Source: a virus
IMG/VR virus record: IMGVR_UViG_3300033273_000460
Span: 43,771 to 107,770 of that record
Length of the DNA: 64,000 nucleotides
Strand: one strand, 5' to 3'
Shown: positions 37,206 through 48,262 of the stretch, piece after piece
Numbering within the stretch: the first letter of the stretch is position 1
Layout: each line of letters starts with the position of its first letter
The notes under the pieces: generated by a model
What the model was told of the DNA's origin: nothing
The model's input: only the letters and a program-made list of their open reading frames with translations
The model's database searches: none
Program-made: the position numbers and the translations under genes

Positions 37206-38113
37206 TTGATTTAACAAAGTACTGTGGTAGTGTTAGACATTGGAATACACACCTACTAGCATTAGAAATTGCACAAAATAAAAATAGATCAATTGAATTT
37301 GATCTAGCACACGAGCATTGGGATGTTGATGTTAATGGAATACACAGTGTAATACAGGACTGTTTTGTTAATTTGAATATCAAACAACCTATAGTATATG
37401 CACATGACCGCAGACGTTCAATCTCTAATTATTACAAATACATGCTAGATTGGAAGTATAATCCTTGTACCAAAATTGGATATGGTCAATTTTTTGGCAG
37501 ACCCACATATGAAAGATTGTATTGTCATCACAAACATCTCAATTGGCGCCATCGTGCGTTAGGTGTTGCAACTTTTCATTTCTGCCCAGATGGTTTAAAT
37601 GCACACAACTGTGATTTTGTAGAATTTCTTTGGGAACAACCCGAAAAATGGGCTAGTCTTAAAAGTTCTGGCTTGCCTTATGCAGATATAGAATGTAAAT
37701 ACGATGAACACGGTGCCCTTGCTAACCACGGTGTTGATCATACCGATTATGATAATTTGAAACAAGCATATAAAAAAATATGTGCAGAAGTTGTGTGTGA
37801 AACTAACACCCAGGGTAAAACTTATTTTATAACCGAAAAAACACTGAGACCAATGCTAAATGGTTGTATACCTTTGATAATATCAAATGCAGGATATGAG
37901 AGCTATCTAAAAAGTTTAGGTTTTGACCTGTTTGATGATGTGTTAGACAAAAGTTATGATAAGAATACAGGTGCAATAAGGATTGAAAAAGTTTATCATG
38001 TTCTCGAAGATATACTTGTAAACAAAGACAAGTTGTGGTTGAAACAGTTATCCAACAGATTACAAAACAATATAGAACGAGCAACAAGTTACATACAGGA
38101 AAATATTGTATGA
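37199..38113 (+). CDS. GT-B/GT10(fucosyltransferase)-like protein, paralog 1
   Basis: EVVCET...FITEKTLRPM...LKSLGFDLFDDVLDKSYD. Confidence 0.55.
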   Translation: MVIDLTKYCGSVRHWNTHLLALEIAQNKNRSIEFDLAHEHWDVDVNGIHSVIQDCFVNLNIKQPIVYAHDRRRSISNYYKYMLDWKYNPCTKIGYGQFFGRPTYERLYCHHKHLNWRHRALGVATFHFCPDGLNAHNCDFVEFLWEQPEKWASLKSSGLPYADIECKYDEHGALANHGVDHTDYDNLKQAYKKICAEVVCETNTQGKTYFITEKTLRPMLNGCIPLIISNAGYESYLKSLGFDLFDDVLDKSYDKNTGAIRIEKVYHVLEDILVNKDKLWLKQLSNRLQNNIERATSYIQENIV

Positions 38114-39069
38114 AGTGTGGAGCATTTGATAGCGGATTGTCAATACATCCAGATGGAAAAGTAAGTCCTTGTTGTGTGTTTGATCACAATTATTTTCAAG
38201 ACTTGCATGAGTTGGATTGGAATGATCCATGGTTAGATTTACGTGACGGCAGAGGTTGCGCCGCTTGCAAATTTAAAGGTAAAACATATCGAGACAGTTT
38301 CGATGATTTCTTAAATGACAGTTATAAAGTTAGACATCTTGACATTAGAAATAACAACTTGTGTAATTTAGAATGCAGTATATGCAACAGCTATTACAGT
38401 AGTAAATGGGCTGAAAGATTAGGCGAGCAAAAATTTATAAGCACAGAATTTAATATAGATTTATCAAGTGTAGTGTCTATATATTTTGCAGGCGGTGAGC
38501 CATTGTTAAATCCTACACATTGGAAAATACTAGACAGTATACCTCATCCAGAAAGAGTGTCTTTGCAATACAGTACCAATGGTTCTGTTACAAGAAAAAT
38601 TCAAAAGTATTGGCCAAAATTTAGAGATGTATTAGTGTGCGCAAGTATGGATGCATATGGTCAGCTTGGTGAATATTTAAGGTATGGAACAGACTGGAAA
38701 AAATTTGAATCTAATCTAGCCATAATGTCAGAGTATGCAACTGTGAAAATTGTACCTACAGTCAGTGTTTTAAACATTTTTCATCTTGAAAGTTTGGTTA
38801 ATTGGAGTAAGTATGAAATAGAATGGAACTGTTTAACAGGTCCAGATTATTTGTGTGTAAGTGTGCTTCCAACAGAATTAAAAAAACAAATACCGTATGT
38901 ACCAGATGGTGTTGATCAACTACAACAACTTTTAGAAATAGATAGTAGTTATTTATTTCCGCATACAATGAGCTTTGTGCTATTACAGGACAAGATAAAA
39001 GGTACAGATGTTTGGAGTTATCTGCCTTTTGAAAAATATGCAATACAGGAGTATATGCAAAAGAAATGA
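38110..39069 (+). CDS. Radical SAM enzyme with N-terminal twitch/SPASM-like module (1)
   Basis: CNLECSIC, YFAGGEP; N-terminal C...DGKVSPCC...CAAC; ATGA start at 38110. Confidence 0.88.
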   Translation: MKCGAFDSGLSIHPDGKVSPCCVFDHNYFQDLHELDWNDPWLDLRDGRGCAACKFKGKTYRDSFDDFLNDSYKVRHLDIRNNNLCNLECSICNSYYSSKWAERLGEQKFISTEFNIDLSSVVSIYFAGGEPLLNPTHWKILDSIPHPERVSLQYSTNGSVTRKIQKYWPKFRDVLVCASMDAYGQLGEYLRYGTDWKKFESNLAIMSEYATVKIVPTVSVLNIFHLESLVNWSKYEIEWNCLTGPDYLCVSVLPTELKKQIPYVPDGVDQLQQLLEIDSSYLFPHTMSFVLLQDKIKGTDVWSYLPFEKYAIQEYMQKK

Positions 39070-40427
39070 GTGATTATTACAAAGATGCACAGGTTGCACA
39101 ACAACGGTTAGCAGGCATAAGTGACAGTTTCTGTTTGGCCAAATGGAAACAGGTAAGCCTACATTTGACCACAGGACACACCAACAGTTGTTATCATCCT
39201 CCACTGCATCGTATACCCATAGAACCACTTGCTGACAATCCAAGTGCATTGCACAACACTGAACACAAAAAGCAGAGCCGCCGTGAAATGATGGCAGGTG
39301 TAAAGTGCAGTGATTGTCAATACTGTTGGAACATTGAAGCACAAGGCAACATGAGTGACCGTCACTATCGCAGTGGTGAGCGTTGGGCTATGGAAAGTTT
39401 TGAGGATATTGTAAACAATCCACAGGCAGATGTCAACCCTAGTTATGTTGAAGTTAACTTTAACCATGCATGCAATCTAAAGTGCAGTTATTGCAGTCCA
39501 CAGTTTAGCAGCACATGGGAACAGGAAACAAAAGAACATGGTGCATGGCCTACCAGCACACCACACAATGATCCAAAGCACTTTACAGGTGAACGGCGTC
39601 CTATTCCCAACAGAGAGCACAACCCATACAGAGAAGCATTCTGGCGTTGGTGGCCAGACCTGTATCCAGACCTCAAACACTTTCGCATGACAGGCGGTGA
39701 ACCCTCAATGGATCCCAACACCTATCGTGTGTTTGACTATGTGCTGGAAAATCCAAAAAGTGATCTACACCTAAACACCACCAGTAACTTTAGTGTGGAC
39801 CAACGTGTGTGGGAAAAATACAAAGGCTATGTGCAACGGCTGTGCAAAGGAGAACAAATTGAACACTTTATGCAGTTTGTTAGTTTAGACACATGGGGTG
39901 CCCAAGCAGAATACATACGACATGGACTAGACTTTGAACTAGCGATAAATAGATGTGAAGAGTTTGTTCGCGATGTCCCCTATCGTAGCAGTCTAACGTT
40001 CATTATAACAATGAATAATTTGAGTATACTTTCTCTCAAAAAACTATTAGAATATATTGTACACTTACGCAAAACCTACACAGACACATACCAACGTGTA
40101 TGGTTTGATACTCCACTGTTGTACACTCCAGACTGGCAAAGCATGCAGATACTGCCTATGGAGTTTCAAATAGTAATGCAAGAATGTATACGCTACATGG
40201 AAGACAACTTGCACGACATGCATGGATTCAAGGACTACGAAGTGTTAAAAATGAAGCGTGATTTAGATTGGATGCTACAAGGCACCACAGATGTAGAACG
40301 CAAACGTGGAGACTTCTATAGATTCTTTAGTGAACATGATCGCAGACGCGGCACAAACTTTTTAGAGACATTTCCTGAAATGGAACAGTTTTGGAGACAG
40401 TGTGAATATTTTAGTAACAGGCAGTGA
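39066..40427 (+). CDS. Radical SAM enzyme with N-terminal twitch-like module (2)
   Basis: CNLKCSYC, MTGGEP; N-terminal FCLAKW...SCYHPP...CQYC. Confidence 0.9.
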   Translation: MSDYYKDAQVAQQRLAGISDSFCLAKWKQVSLHLTTGHTNSCYHPPLHRIPIEPLADNPSALHNTEHKKQSRREMMAGVKCSDCQYCWNIEAQGNMSDRHYRSGERWAMESFEDIVNNPQADVNPSYVEVNFNHACNLKCSYCSPQFSSTWEQETKEHGAWPTSTPHNDPKHFTGERRPIPNREHNPYREAFWRWWPDLYPDLKHFRMTGGEPSMDPNTYRVFDYVLENPKSDLHLNTTSNFSVDQRVWEKYKGYVQRLCKGEQIEHFMQFVSLDTWGAQAEYIRHGLDFELAINRCEEFVRDVPYRSSLTFIITMNNLSILSLKKLLEYIVHLRKTYTDTYQRVWFDTPLLYTPDWQSMQILPMEFQIVMQECIRYMEDNLHDMHGFKDYEVLKMKRDLDWMLQGTTDVERKRGDFYRFFSEHDRRRGTNFLETFPEMEQFWRQCEYFSNRQ

Positions 40428-41220
40428 TGGTTTTCTCGGCAAACACACAGTACAATATTTGCGCAGCAAAGGTCACACTGTAACTGCACATAATACAGAT
40501 GTGTTAGATGGATTACCAGAACACACATATGATGTAGTATTTCATTTTGCTGCTTATGTAGGCGGTCGCAAAGGAATTGAAAATAATACCTGGCTAGTTG
40601 CTAAAAATATTGAAATAGACAGAACTGTTTTTGAATGGGCAGAAACACACTGTGGGAAGATAGTATATCCTAGTAGTTGTGCCGCATATCCTTTGTGGAC
40701 ACAAACAAGCACAGATATTACAATGAAAGAAAATTTGCCATTGGATAGTGTGTATGATATTTATGGTCTAAGCAAAGTAACTGCTGAACGTATGTTAAGG
40801 TACACTAAAATAACAAGTAACATAGTGCGCATTTTTAGCAGTTATGGGCCAGATCAAACATTAGATTATCCTTTGCCTAGCATCATTGCAAGAGCAAAGC
40901 AAGGTGAATGTAGTGTATGGGGTACAGGCACACAGACTAGAGATTGGGTATACATTGATGATGTATTGCGTGTGTTTGAATATTTGCTTACAAATGACGT
41001 AGGTGTATTAAATATTGGCACAGGCGTTGCTACTAGTTTTCACGACTTAGCACAAACTATATATCGTTGTATACACGGAATTACTATACCTGTTAGCGTA
41101 ACCGCATCCGAACCCGAAGGCGCAAGCCATAGATGTGCAGATATTACACTGTTACAGAAACTAGGGTTAGAACCAAATGTTACCTTAGAACAAGGAATAT
41201 ACAGATGCTTAAAACAATAG
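40402..41220 (+). CDS. NAD-dependent NDP-sugar epimerase/dehydratase (extended SDR)
   Basis: ILVTGSDGFLG (GxxGxxG), HFAA, SS, YGLSK (YxxxK), GTGTQTRDWVYIDD. Confidence 0.9.
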   Translation: MNILVTGSDGFLGKHTVQYLRSKGHTVTAHNTDVLDGLPEHTYDVVFHFAAYVGGRKGIENNTWLVAKNIEIDRTVFEWAETHCGKIVYPSSCAAYPLWTQTSTDITMKENLPLDSVYDIYGLSKVTAERMLRYTKITSNIVRIFSSYGPDQTLDYPLPSIIARAKQGECSVWGTGTQTRDWVYIDDVLRVFEYLLTNDVGVLNIGTGVATSFHDLAQTIYRCIHGITIPVSVTASEPEGASHRCADITLLQKLGLEPNVTLEQGIYRCLKQ

Positions 41221-42200
41221 GATTAACATTTCCTAAATCTAGTCAATGGCATACAGATCAAATTGCACTTATGCAAAGCCTAGGAACACAAATTGAGGAC
41301 AAGTTTCCAGATGCAAATAATGTTTTGATCAACATGACATGGTTTGGGCCACAGTTTGAAAATAATGAATACGATAAGTTTTTAGAGTATGCCAGTACTA
41401 CCCAGATAGATAATCTTTTTTTGCTTGCAAGTGAAGATCCTTGTTTTTTTAATCGAGAGGAAACTTTTAATTTTATTGCACTGAGTGAAGCTGTTAACAG
41501 TTATTTGTTAGGTCACTTTGATAGCGATTACAACTTTAACTTTCATAATCTTGTACTTCCTAAATATTTTTATCCCTATACTGAAGACCAAATCATAATG
41601 AAAGATCCTAAATTTGTTTTTATTTGTTACAACAGAAAGCCTAGGCCTCATAGGACAAAGTTGGTTGATCTATTAGATAGTAGTTATCTAAGTAGCTATG
41701 GTGTTATAACACTAGGAGATAACCGTACACTAGGAGAATCTGTTGACGATATTGGTGTAGAAAACCAATGGTGGCCAGAGGAGTATGGTATACCACATGA
41801 CATACACAGTTTAGGTAGACTAGATGTATGGCAAAATCACTTTTTAACAATAGTCAGTGAAACAGACTATGAAGACATGTTATGGACATTTGTTACCGAA
41901 AAAACTTGGAAACCTATAATAGGATTAAGACCTTTTGTAATCAATGGCCAGACTGCAGTTTATAAATGGTTAACTGATAATGGGTTTCGTACATTCAATA
42001 AGTATTGGAGCCACATTGATTTAGAAACATGCAATATAGATGAAATTCATCCTAATATTTGCAGTGTTATTGAATTTCTCAAGACTCAAGATCTAAAACA
42101 AATGTACATTGACATGTTGCCAGATTTACGTTATAATAAACAACGCTTTTATGAATTCAGTAGCGAGCAAAAACATAAGATGGAGAATTTATTTGGATAA
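41205..42200 (+). CDS. GT-B/GT10-like protein, paralog 2
   Basis: FICYNRKPRPHR...TIVSET...FVTEKTWKPI..LRPF...GFRTF; start ATG 41205 after CAAGGA. Confidence 0.55.
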   Translation: MLKTIGLTFPKSSQWHTDQIALMQSLGTQIEDKFPDANNVLINMTWFGPQFENNEYDKFLEYASTTQIDNLFLLASEDPCFFNREETFNFIALSEAVNSYLLGHFDSDYNFNFHNLVLPKYFYPYTEDQIIMKDPKFVFICYNRKPRPHRTKLVDLLDSSYLSSYGVITLGDNRTLGESVDDIGVENQWWPEEYGIPHDIHSLGRLDVWQNHFLTIVSETDYEDMLWTFVTEKTWKPIIGLRPFVINGQTAVYKWLTDNGFRTFNKYWSHIDLETCNIDEIHPNICSVIEFLKTQDLKQMYIDMLPDLRYNKQRFYEFSSEQKHKMENLFG

Positions 42201-42855
42201 ATTTTTAATTTATTATGTAGCAGGAAGTGGCGGGCAATTTCTCACAAGTGTTTTTGCTAACCTAGTAGGAATCAATGTACGTCCTATTTTTAGTTTCAGT
42301 GGCAATAGTCATGATTTAGGAAAAGGAGCATGGCAAGGTTATGGTAGAGATATTTGCTTTTGTGGAGATCTCTGGGAATTAAATTACCGACCAGGTGCTA
42401 CAATTTACTACACACATTCTGGTGACATGAAAAAGTTTAAACAAGAAAATCCAGATTTTAAAATTGTATCGATTGATGTAGACGAGGAAGATTATAGAAA
42501 AGTAACAGAGTTGTATGTATGCAAAGCCTGGCCAGACATACTAAGAGATAATGATGGAGAATATGAAAAATGGAAAGGACCAGATTGGCCAGAGTGGGAA
42601 TACAAAGTAATACAAAAAAGTGAGATGGTAAAAAACGAACTTATAGATGCATTTTTACCCGACACATCTAATTGGATGAAAAACTACAACAAAGATGTTG
42701 TGGATGCGAAAATTAACTTTAAATCACTAATAGGAATAAGAGGAAATTTAGCAAAAGAGTGTGGCGAAATAGCTAACCGTCCTGTGAGCCAGACAGTCAT
42801 AAATCTTATTCAAGAATACCAGGACATCAATAGAAAGTTATACTTTGCAAACTGA
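42193..42855 (+). CDS. Hypothetical protein, possibly P-loop sulfotransferase-like
   Basis: Probable TTG start after TGGAG; N-terminal YYVAGSGGQFL loop; KGPDWPEW motif. Confidence 0.4.
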   Translation: MDKFLIYYVAGSGGQFLTSVFANLVGINVRPIFSFSGNSHDLGKGAWQGYGRDICFCGDLWELNYRPGATIYYTHSGDMKKFKQENPDFKIVSIDVDEEDYRKVTELYVCKAWPDILRDNDGEYEKWKGPDWPEWEYKVIQKSEMVKNELIDAFLPDTSNWMKNYNKDVVDAKINFKSLIGIRGNLAKECGEIANRPVSQTVINLIQEYQDINRKLYFAN

Positions 42856-44164
42856 TCTAATATTCAAACATCAAGTACTTGAGAAATTGAGTCCAAGTTT
42901 CTGTGGTGCCAAATGGTACAACGCTACCATATGGCTTGGCAGCGGTATGACCACAAGTTGCCACCATCCGCCTGCACACTTGGTTGACATAGAACAAGTA
43001 AAACAAAATCCTAAACTGTTACACAACACTCCAGAGAAAAAAGAACAACGACGTCAAATGCAGTGCGGCGAGCGTCCGGGTGGCTGTGAATACTGCTGGA
43101 AACTAGAGGATATGGGTCCTAACTACATCAGCGACAGGGTGTACAAAAGTAAGATATATACTCAAGAGGAATTAAAAGATGCATTCAATACTCCAGCAGA
43201 TCAAGACGTTAATCTCATTACCCTTGAAATTGCCTTTGATAGAACATGTAATTTTGCTTGCAGTTATTGCAATCCCGCTTTTAGTAGCACATGGGTAAAA
43301 GATCTCAAAAACAACGGAAGTTACACAGATCTAGTCAGTGATGGTCGCAACCACTTTACACATACACATGACAGTGCGCAACTGTACAAATTTGGAGAAA
43401 CCAATCCATATGTAGAAGCATTTTTTAAATGGTGGGACAGTGATCTACACCGCACACTGCGTGAACTACGCATAACAGGCGGCGAGCCCATAATGAGTGC
43501 AGAACTGTGGAGACTGTTTGATTGGTTTAAGGACAACGTTGACAAATCACAGACCAAACTTGCTATTAACAGCAACCTAGGAGGCAAGGCAGAATTAATA
43601 GATAGATTGGTAGACTGTAGAAAACACTTGCCAAGTTTAGATGTATATACCAGTATGGAAGCTACAGGCTACAGTGCAGAATACATTCGTGATGGATTAG
43701 ACTTTGAACTATGGTGGAATAATATTCAAAAATTGCATAATGCAGACATTGACACACACTGTATGATGACAATAAATGCATTGTGCTTGCCAACACTGCC
43801 CGACATGATACAAAAAATACTAGATAAAAGAAACGAATTTGGCAAAGACTTTGCTACAATGAGTTATAACATACTACGTTTTCCCAGTTTCCAAAGTTGT
43901 TTGGTACTACCACAACACATCAAAGATGCATGTGTTGCAAGACTACAACAACTTGATTTGACCAACATGCAAGATTGGGAACATGGACAGTTAGACAGAC
44001 TTGTAGAATATTTGCAAGTTGTAGAAACACCACACAGTGAAAGTTTTGAAATGCCAAAACTGCACAATGACTTCAAACGTTTTTACACACAATATGATGT
44101 GCGACGAAATCACACATTTGCAAAGGCTTTTCCAGAACTAGAAGAATGGTACCAAACACTATGA
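42845..44164 (+). CDS. Radical SAM enzyme with N-terminal twitch-like module (3)
   Basis: CNFACSYC, ITGGEP; N-terminal FCGAKW...SCHHPP...CEYC; close paralog of 39066. Confidence 0.9.
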   Translation: MQTDLIFKHQVLEKLSPSFCGAKWYNATIWLGSGMTTSCHHPPAHLVDIEQVKQNPKLLHNTPEKKEQRRQMQCGERPGGCEYCWKLEDMGPNYISDRVYKSKIYTQEELKDAFNTPADQDVNLITLEIAFDRTCNFACSYCNPAFSSTWVKDLKNNGSYTDLVSDGRNHFTHTHDSAQLYKFGETNPYVEAFFKWWDSDLHRTLRELRITGGEPIMSAELWRLFDWFKDNVDKSQTKLAINSNLGGKAELIDRLVDCRKHLPSLDVYTSMEATGYSAEYIRDGLDFELWWNNIQKLHNADIDTHCMMTINALCLPTLPDMIQKILDKRNEFGKDFATMSYNILRFPSFQSCLVLPQHIKDACVARLQQLDLTNMQDWEHGQLDRLVEYLQVVETPHSESFEMPKLHNDFKRFYTQYDVRRNHTFAKAFPELEEWYQTL

Positions 44165-45471
44165 GTGAACGCAACGACAAAATGAAAGAATACTACAGGA
44201 AGTATGACTACAACAGTCGTCGTCCTGTACACATAGATTCAGAAGATCTCACAGAAAAACAACGCTACCAATTGATGGAAAGTGATTACTTTTGTTTGAT
44301 TCCTTGGACACACATACACGGCTTTCCAACAGGCGAAGCGTATCCTTGTTGCTTGGGCGAAATGGATCACCCAATTGGAAACATGCGGGAAAATAGTTTA
44401 GAAGAGATCTGGAACGGTCCAGAATATGTTGAGATGCGTGAACGCATGCTTGCTGATAAACCTTGTAAACAATGCACACGCTGTTACGAGCAAGAAAAGA
44501 ATGGCTTCTTTAGTATGCGCAACAGTCACAACAAACACTTTGGACATCATATTGACAAAGTAGACCAAGGTATCAATCCAGACTTTGAAATTGTGTATTG
44601 GGACATACGTTTTAGCAATCAATGTAATTTAAAGTGTCGTAGTTGTGGACCAATGTTCAGCAGTTTATGGTACGACGATCATGTTAAAATGTATGGACAG
44701 AGTCCGGGACACAAACGCATAGAGTATGCAGGGCGCACCAAAACAGACATTTGGGAACAATTAGAACCTCAAATTGACAACATAGAACAGATTTATTTTG
44801 CAGGTGGCGAACCACTTATCATGCAAGAGCACTACAACATAATCAAAGAATTGGTGCGCAGAGAACGTTTTGATGTTAGATTGATTTACAACAGCAACTT
44901 CCAAAAACTTACCTACAAAGATCTAGATGTGCTAGAGTATTGGAAACTGTTTGAAAATGTATCAATTGGTGCAAGTCTAGATGCAATGGGACCACGTGCT
45001 GAACTCATACGCAAAGGCACAAGTTGGGATGAAGTCTTACGCAACAGAGAGCGTATGTTAGAAACCTGTCCTAACGTTGATTTTTATATCTCACCAACCA
45101 TGAGCATAATGAATGTGTTTCATGTGCATGACTTTCACAAAGATTGGGTCAACAGAGGCTTTTTAAAACACAGTGATCTCAATGTAAACATACTGCAATC
45201 ACCAGAATGGTACAGAGCAGATTGTTTGCCACAGCACATGAAAGATGATGCTATTGCACAAATACGTGAACACATGGATTGGCTAGAACCGCATGATACA
45301 GTGCGTCGTGCAATCAATGGATTTAACAGCACAATCACGTTCCTAGAACAAACTGACAACACACAACATCTACCCAAATTTAATGCTATGCGTAGATTGC
45401 TTGATGGTGTGCGTGATGAAGACTTTTACAGTGTGTTACCAGAACTAAAGGAACTTGAAACATATGCATAA
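44161..45471 (+). CDS. Radical SAM enzyme with N-terminal twitch/SPASM module (4)
   Basis: CNLKCRSC, YFAGGEP; N-terminal FCLIPW...GEAYPCC..IGN....LEEIWNG...CTRC. Confidence 0.92.
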   Translation: MSERNDKMKEYYRKYDYNSRRPVHIDSEDLTEKQRYQLMESDYFCLIPWTHIHGFPTGEAYPCCLGEMDHPIGNMRENSLEEIWNGPEYVEMRERMLADKPCKQCTRCYEQEKNGFFSMRNSHNKHFGHHIDKVDQGINPDFEIVYWDIRFSNQCNLKCRSCGPMFSSLWYDDHVKMYGQSPGHKRIEYAGRTKTDIWEQLEPQIDNIEQIYFAGGEPLIMQEHYNIIKELVRRERFDVRLIYNSNFQKLTYKDLDVLEYWKLFENVSIGASLDAMGPRAELIRKGTSWDEVLRNRERMLETCPNVDFYISPTMSIMNVFHVHDFHKDWVNRGFLKHSDLNVNILQSPEWYRADCLPQHMKDDAIAQIREHMDWLEPHDTVRRAINGFNSTITFLEQTDNTQHLPKFNAMRRLLDGVRDEDFYSVLPELKELETYA

Positions 45472-46636
45472 GTGTATACTGCCATGGATCAGCATAGAAA
45501 CAACTCCTACAGGGCGTGTTAGACCTTGTTGTTTGTATACACAAGAGTTGCCTGATATTGATCTAAACACTCACACACTGCAAGATGCATTTGACTCTAA
45601 ACCTATGCGTGACCTGCGTCGCAGTTTTAGACGTGGCGAAAAACCCGCAGGTTGTGAACGTTGTTGGATGGAAGAAGACGCAGGTAAAAAAAGCAAACGT
45701 GAATACATGTTAGAGAAGTTTAAACATGAACCTGTAGACTATACTAATAACAGTGGTACCAGTTTAAAGTTTCTTGATTTAAAATTAGGTAACATTTGCA
45801 ATCTTAAATGCAGAATATGCGGTACTTGGTCAAGCAGCAAATGGGGCCAAGAAGAAATTGACTACTACGAACCTGAGGGCGGAGGTAACATACAAAAACA
45901 ATGGATAAAGCAAGGACAATGGCCTCGTAAAAATCGCACTTTTTGGGAACACATGGATGAACTGTTACCAGACATCAAGTTTTTTGAATTTACTGGTGGT
46001 GAACCATTTTTAATTAAACAGCATTTTGATCTATTACAACGTGCAGTTGATGCTGGTTATGCCAAAGATATTGACATACACTACAACACAAACACCACAA
46101 AGTTTCCTGCTCAGCATGAACTGTGGAAACATTTCAAACATGTACAAATAGCATTCAGTGTAGACAACACAGGCAAACGTTTTGAATACGAACGCTATGG
46201 TGCTAAATGGCGCACAGCAAACACCAATATCAAAAAAATAAACAATCTAAGAGACAGTGGATATCCTATTTCAACACAGTTGTGTTGCACATGGAACCTA
46301 CAAAACATCTACTACATGGAAGAAATATTGACTTGGGCACATACCATGAACTTTGATGATATTCATTTTAATCTCATGCATGACCCTTGGGAATATGCGT
46401 TATCAAATACACCCAAGAGTGCAAAAAGTACGTTGATGCTTTATTTACAAAAGTGCCAAGTGAAATATCCGCAACACTCACAAGACATAGATGCACTTAA
46501 AAAGATTGTGATTGACAGTGTACAAGAAGATGCAGACGGCTTGCACAAGAAAATTCGTCGCACAGATCTATATAGAAATCAAAATTTTGCACAAACGCAC
46601 AGCAAAATGGCCAAGGCAATTGGGTATGAACGCTAA
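45464..46636 (+). CDS. Radical SAM enzyme with N-terminal twitch/SPASM module (5)
   Basis: CNLKCRIC, FTGGEP; N-terminal CILPW...GRVRPCC...CERC. Confidence 0.92.
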   Translation: MHKCILPWISIETTPTGRVRPCCLYTQELPDIDLNTHTLQDAFDSKPMRDLRRSFRRGEKPAGCERCWMEEDAGKKSKREYMLEKFKHEPVDYTNNSGTSLKFLDLKLGNICNLKCRICGTWSSSKWGQEEIDYYEPEGGGNIQKQWIKQGQWPRKNRTFWEHMDELLPDIKFFEFTGGEPFLIKQHFDLLQRAVDAGYAKDIDIHYNTNTTKFPAQHELWKHFKHVQIAFSVDNTGKRFEYERYGAKWRTANTNIKKINNLRDSGYPISTQLCCTWNLQNIYYMEEILTWAHTMNFDDIHFNLMHDPWEYALSNTPKSAKSTLMLYLQKCQVKYPQHSQDIDALKKIVIDSVQEDADGLHKKIRRTDLYRNQNFAQTHSKMAKAIGYER

Positions 46637-47603
46637 GCCCACAATACTAGTAAGTGAAAACAAAACAGTCTTTCAGACACCGTTCTTAGAACAAAAATGG
46701 GCACAGTATTTTAATGTTGAGATACTTGATACAAATAAAAATTATGATAAACGCTCAACAGTTGTTGTCAGCGACTGGATAGATGTAAATCAATCTACTA
46801 ATAGTAACGAATGTGTACTTGCAAACACAGGTATAAGGCATGTTATTGATCATTGCTGGGATAGCTGGGATAGTAGTTTAGACAACAGTGCAGATTTTAC
46901 AATTAGACCTAGAGATTTTATCCGAATAAATGAAAGCCTGTGTTATAAAAGTTTAGGTTATGATCAGTGTAAACTAAACAGTAATCCAACTAAAGATTTT
47001 TTATTATTAATGAATCTTGTGCGTCCACATCGAGATAATTTGTTGGATAGTTTAAAAGAATACGTTGAACATAATATTTACAGTTATGTAGGACGTGGAA
47101 TACCTTTACAAAATGCACAGGACATAGAATTTAACTCTAGTACATGGCAAAGATATACTGATCCGCATTGGTATACAGACACACGATTTAGTGTTGTAAG
47201 TGAAAGTATGATATATAATTTAGGAGAGCCAACAGAAAAGAATGATTACCGTTATGATGATGATATAAATGTAAGTGAAAAAACATACAAGCCCATGGCA
47301 TTTAAACATGCATTTGTGGTTCACGGGCAGCCTGGCACACTTGCAAGATGTAAACAGCTAGGTTTTGAAACTTTTGATCATGTCATTGACGAAAGTTACG
47401 ATAATGTTACTGATCATAACAAGAGATTAGAGTTAATAGTAAACCAAATTGAATTGTTGATTGCAGACAAGTCATTGCTAACAGATCCTATAAGTAAACA
47501 AAAAATACAACACAATTTTGAACACTTCTATGATGAAGGTATTGTTACAAATCTTTTTGTAACTCAAATAGTCAATCCACTGTTGGAGTTTATTGAGTCA
47601 TGA
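46626..47603 (+). CDS. GT-B/GT10-like protein, paralog 3
   Basis: FLLLMNLVRPHR...SVVSES...VSEKTYKPM...LGFETFDHVIDESYD; start ATG 46626. Confidence 0.55.
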   Translation: MNAKPTILVSENKTVFQTPFLEQKWAQYFNVEILDTNKNYDKRSTVVVSDWIDVNQSTNSNECVLANTGIRHVIDHCWDSWDSSLDNSADFTIRPRDFIRINESLCYKSLGYDQCKLNSNPTKDFLLLMNLVRPHRDNLLDSLKEYVEHNIYSYVGRGIPLQNAQDIEFNSSTWQRYTDPHWYTDTRFSVVSESMIYNLGEPTEKNDYRYDDDINVSEKTYKPMAFKHAFVVHGQPGTLARCKQLGFETFDHVIDESYDNVTDHNKRLELIVNQIELLIADKSLLTDPISKQKIQHNFEHFYDEGIVTNLFVTQIVNPLLEFIES

Positions 47604-48262
47604 TTGGTGTAATTGGAAATGGCTTAATCAGCGGTTGTATACAAAACAGTATTGGTGTTGACAAGGTATTCACAAGTAAAAATATACACACTATTGGTGA
47701 AAACGAGTATGATGTTGTTTACTGTGCAGCACCAACTAGTAATAGGATTTGGGCAAGCAAAAATCCAGATCTAGATAAAAAAAGTGTACACAGTATTATC
47801 AACGAATGTACACTTGCTAATATCAAAAGATTTGTTCTAGTAAGCACTGGCGATACACAAATAAAGCCATGGACTACTTATGGTCAAAACAGATTAAAAT
47901 TAGAAAATTTTGTTAAACAACACTACAGTGACTATGGCATTATTAGATTACCTTGTTTGATACACAATAGCATTACAAAAAATTTATTATGGGATATAAA
48001 ACACAAGAAATGGCTAGATAAAATAAATCTTAATGTTACCAATCAATGGTTTGATCTCAACAACCTTGAAAATTATCTCAACGTTGAACAAGAATTTAAT
48101 GTATGCAGTGAACCTATTTCAAATAAAAAAATTATTGCACGTTTTGCTCATGAGATATTTGATTTGCTAGATGTATCTAAACCACACGAGTTATATAATT
48201 TAGAACCCTATAGTTTTACAACTGAAGAAATTTTTAGAAGCATAGAGAATTACCTAAAGTGA
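47600..48262 (+). CDS. Rossmann-fold NAD(P)-binding sugar epimerase/reductase-like protein
   Basis: IGVIGNGLISG, VVYCAAP, VLVST, YGQNRLKLE, IIRLP. Confidence 0.6.
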   Translation: MIGVIGNGLISGCIQNSIGVDKVFTSKNIHTIGENEYDVVYCAAPTSNRIWASKNPDLDKKSVHSIINECTLANIKRFVLVSTGDTQIKPWTTYGQNRLKLENFVKQHYSDYGIIRLPCLIHNSITKNLLWDIKHKKWLDKINLNVTNQWFDLNNLENYLNVEQEFNVCSEPISNKKIIARFAHEIFDLLDVSKPHELYNLEPYSFTTEEIFRSIENYLK

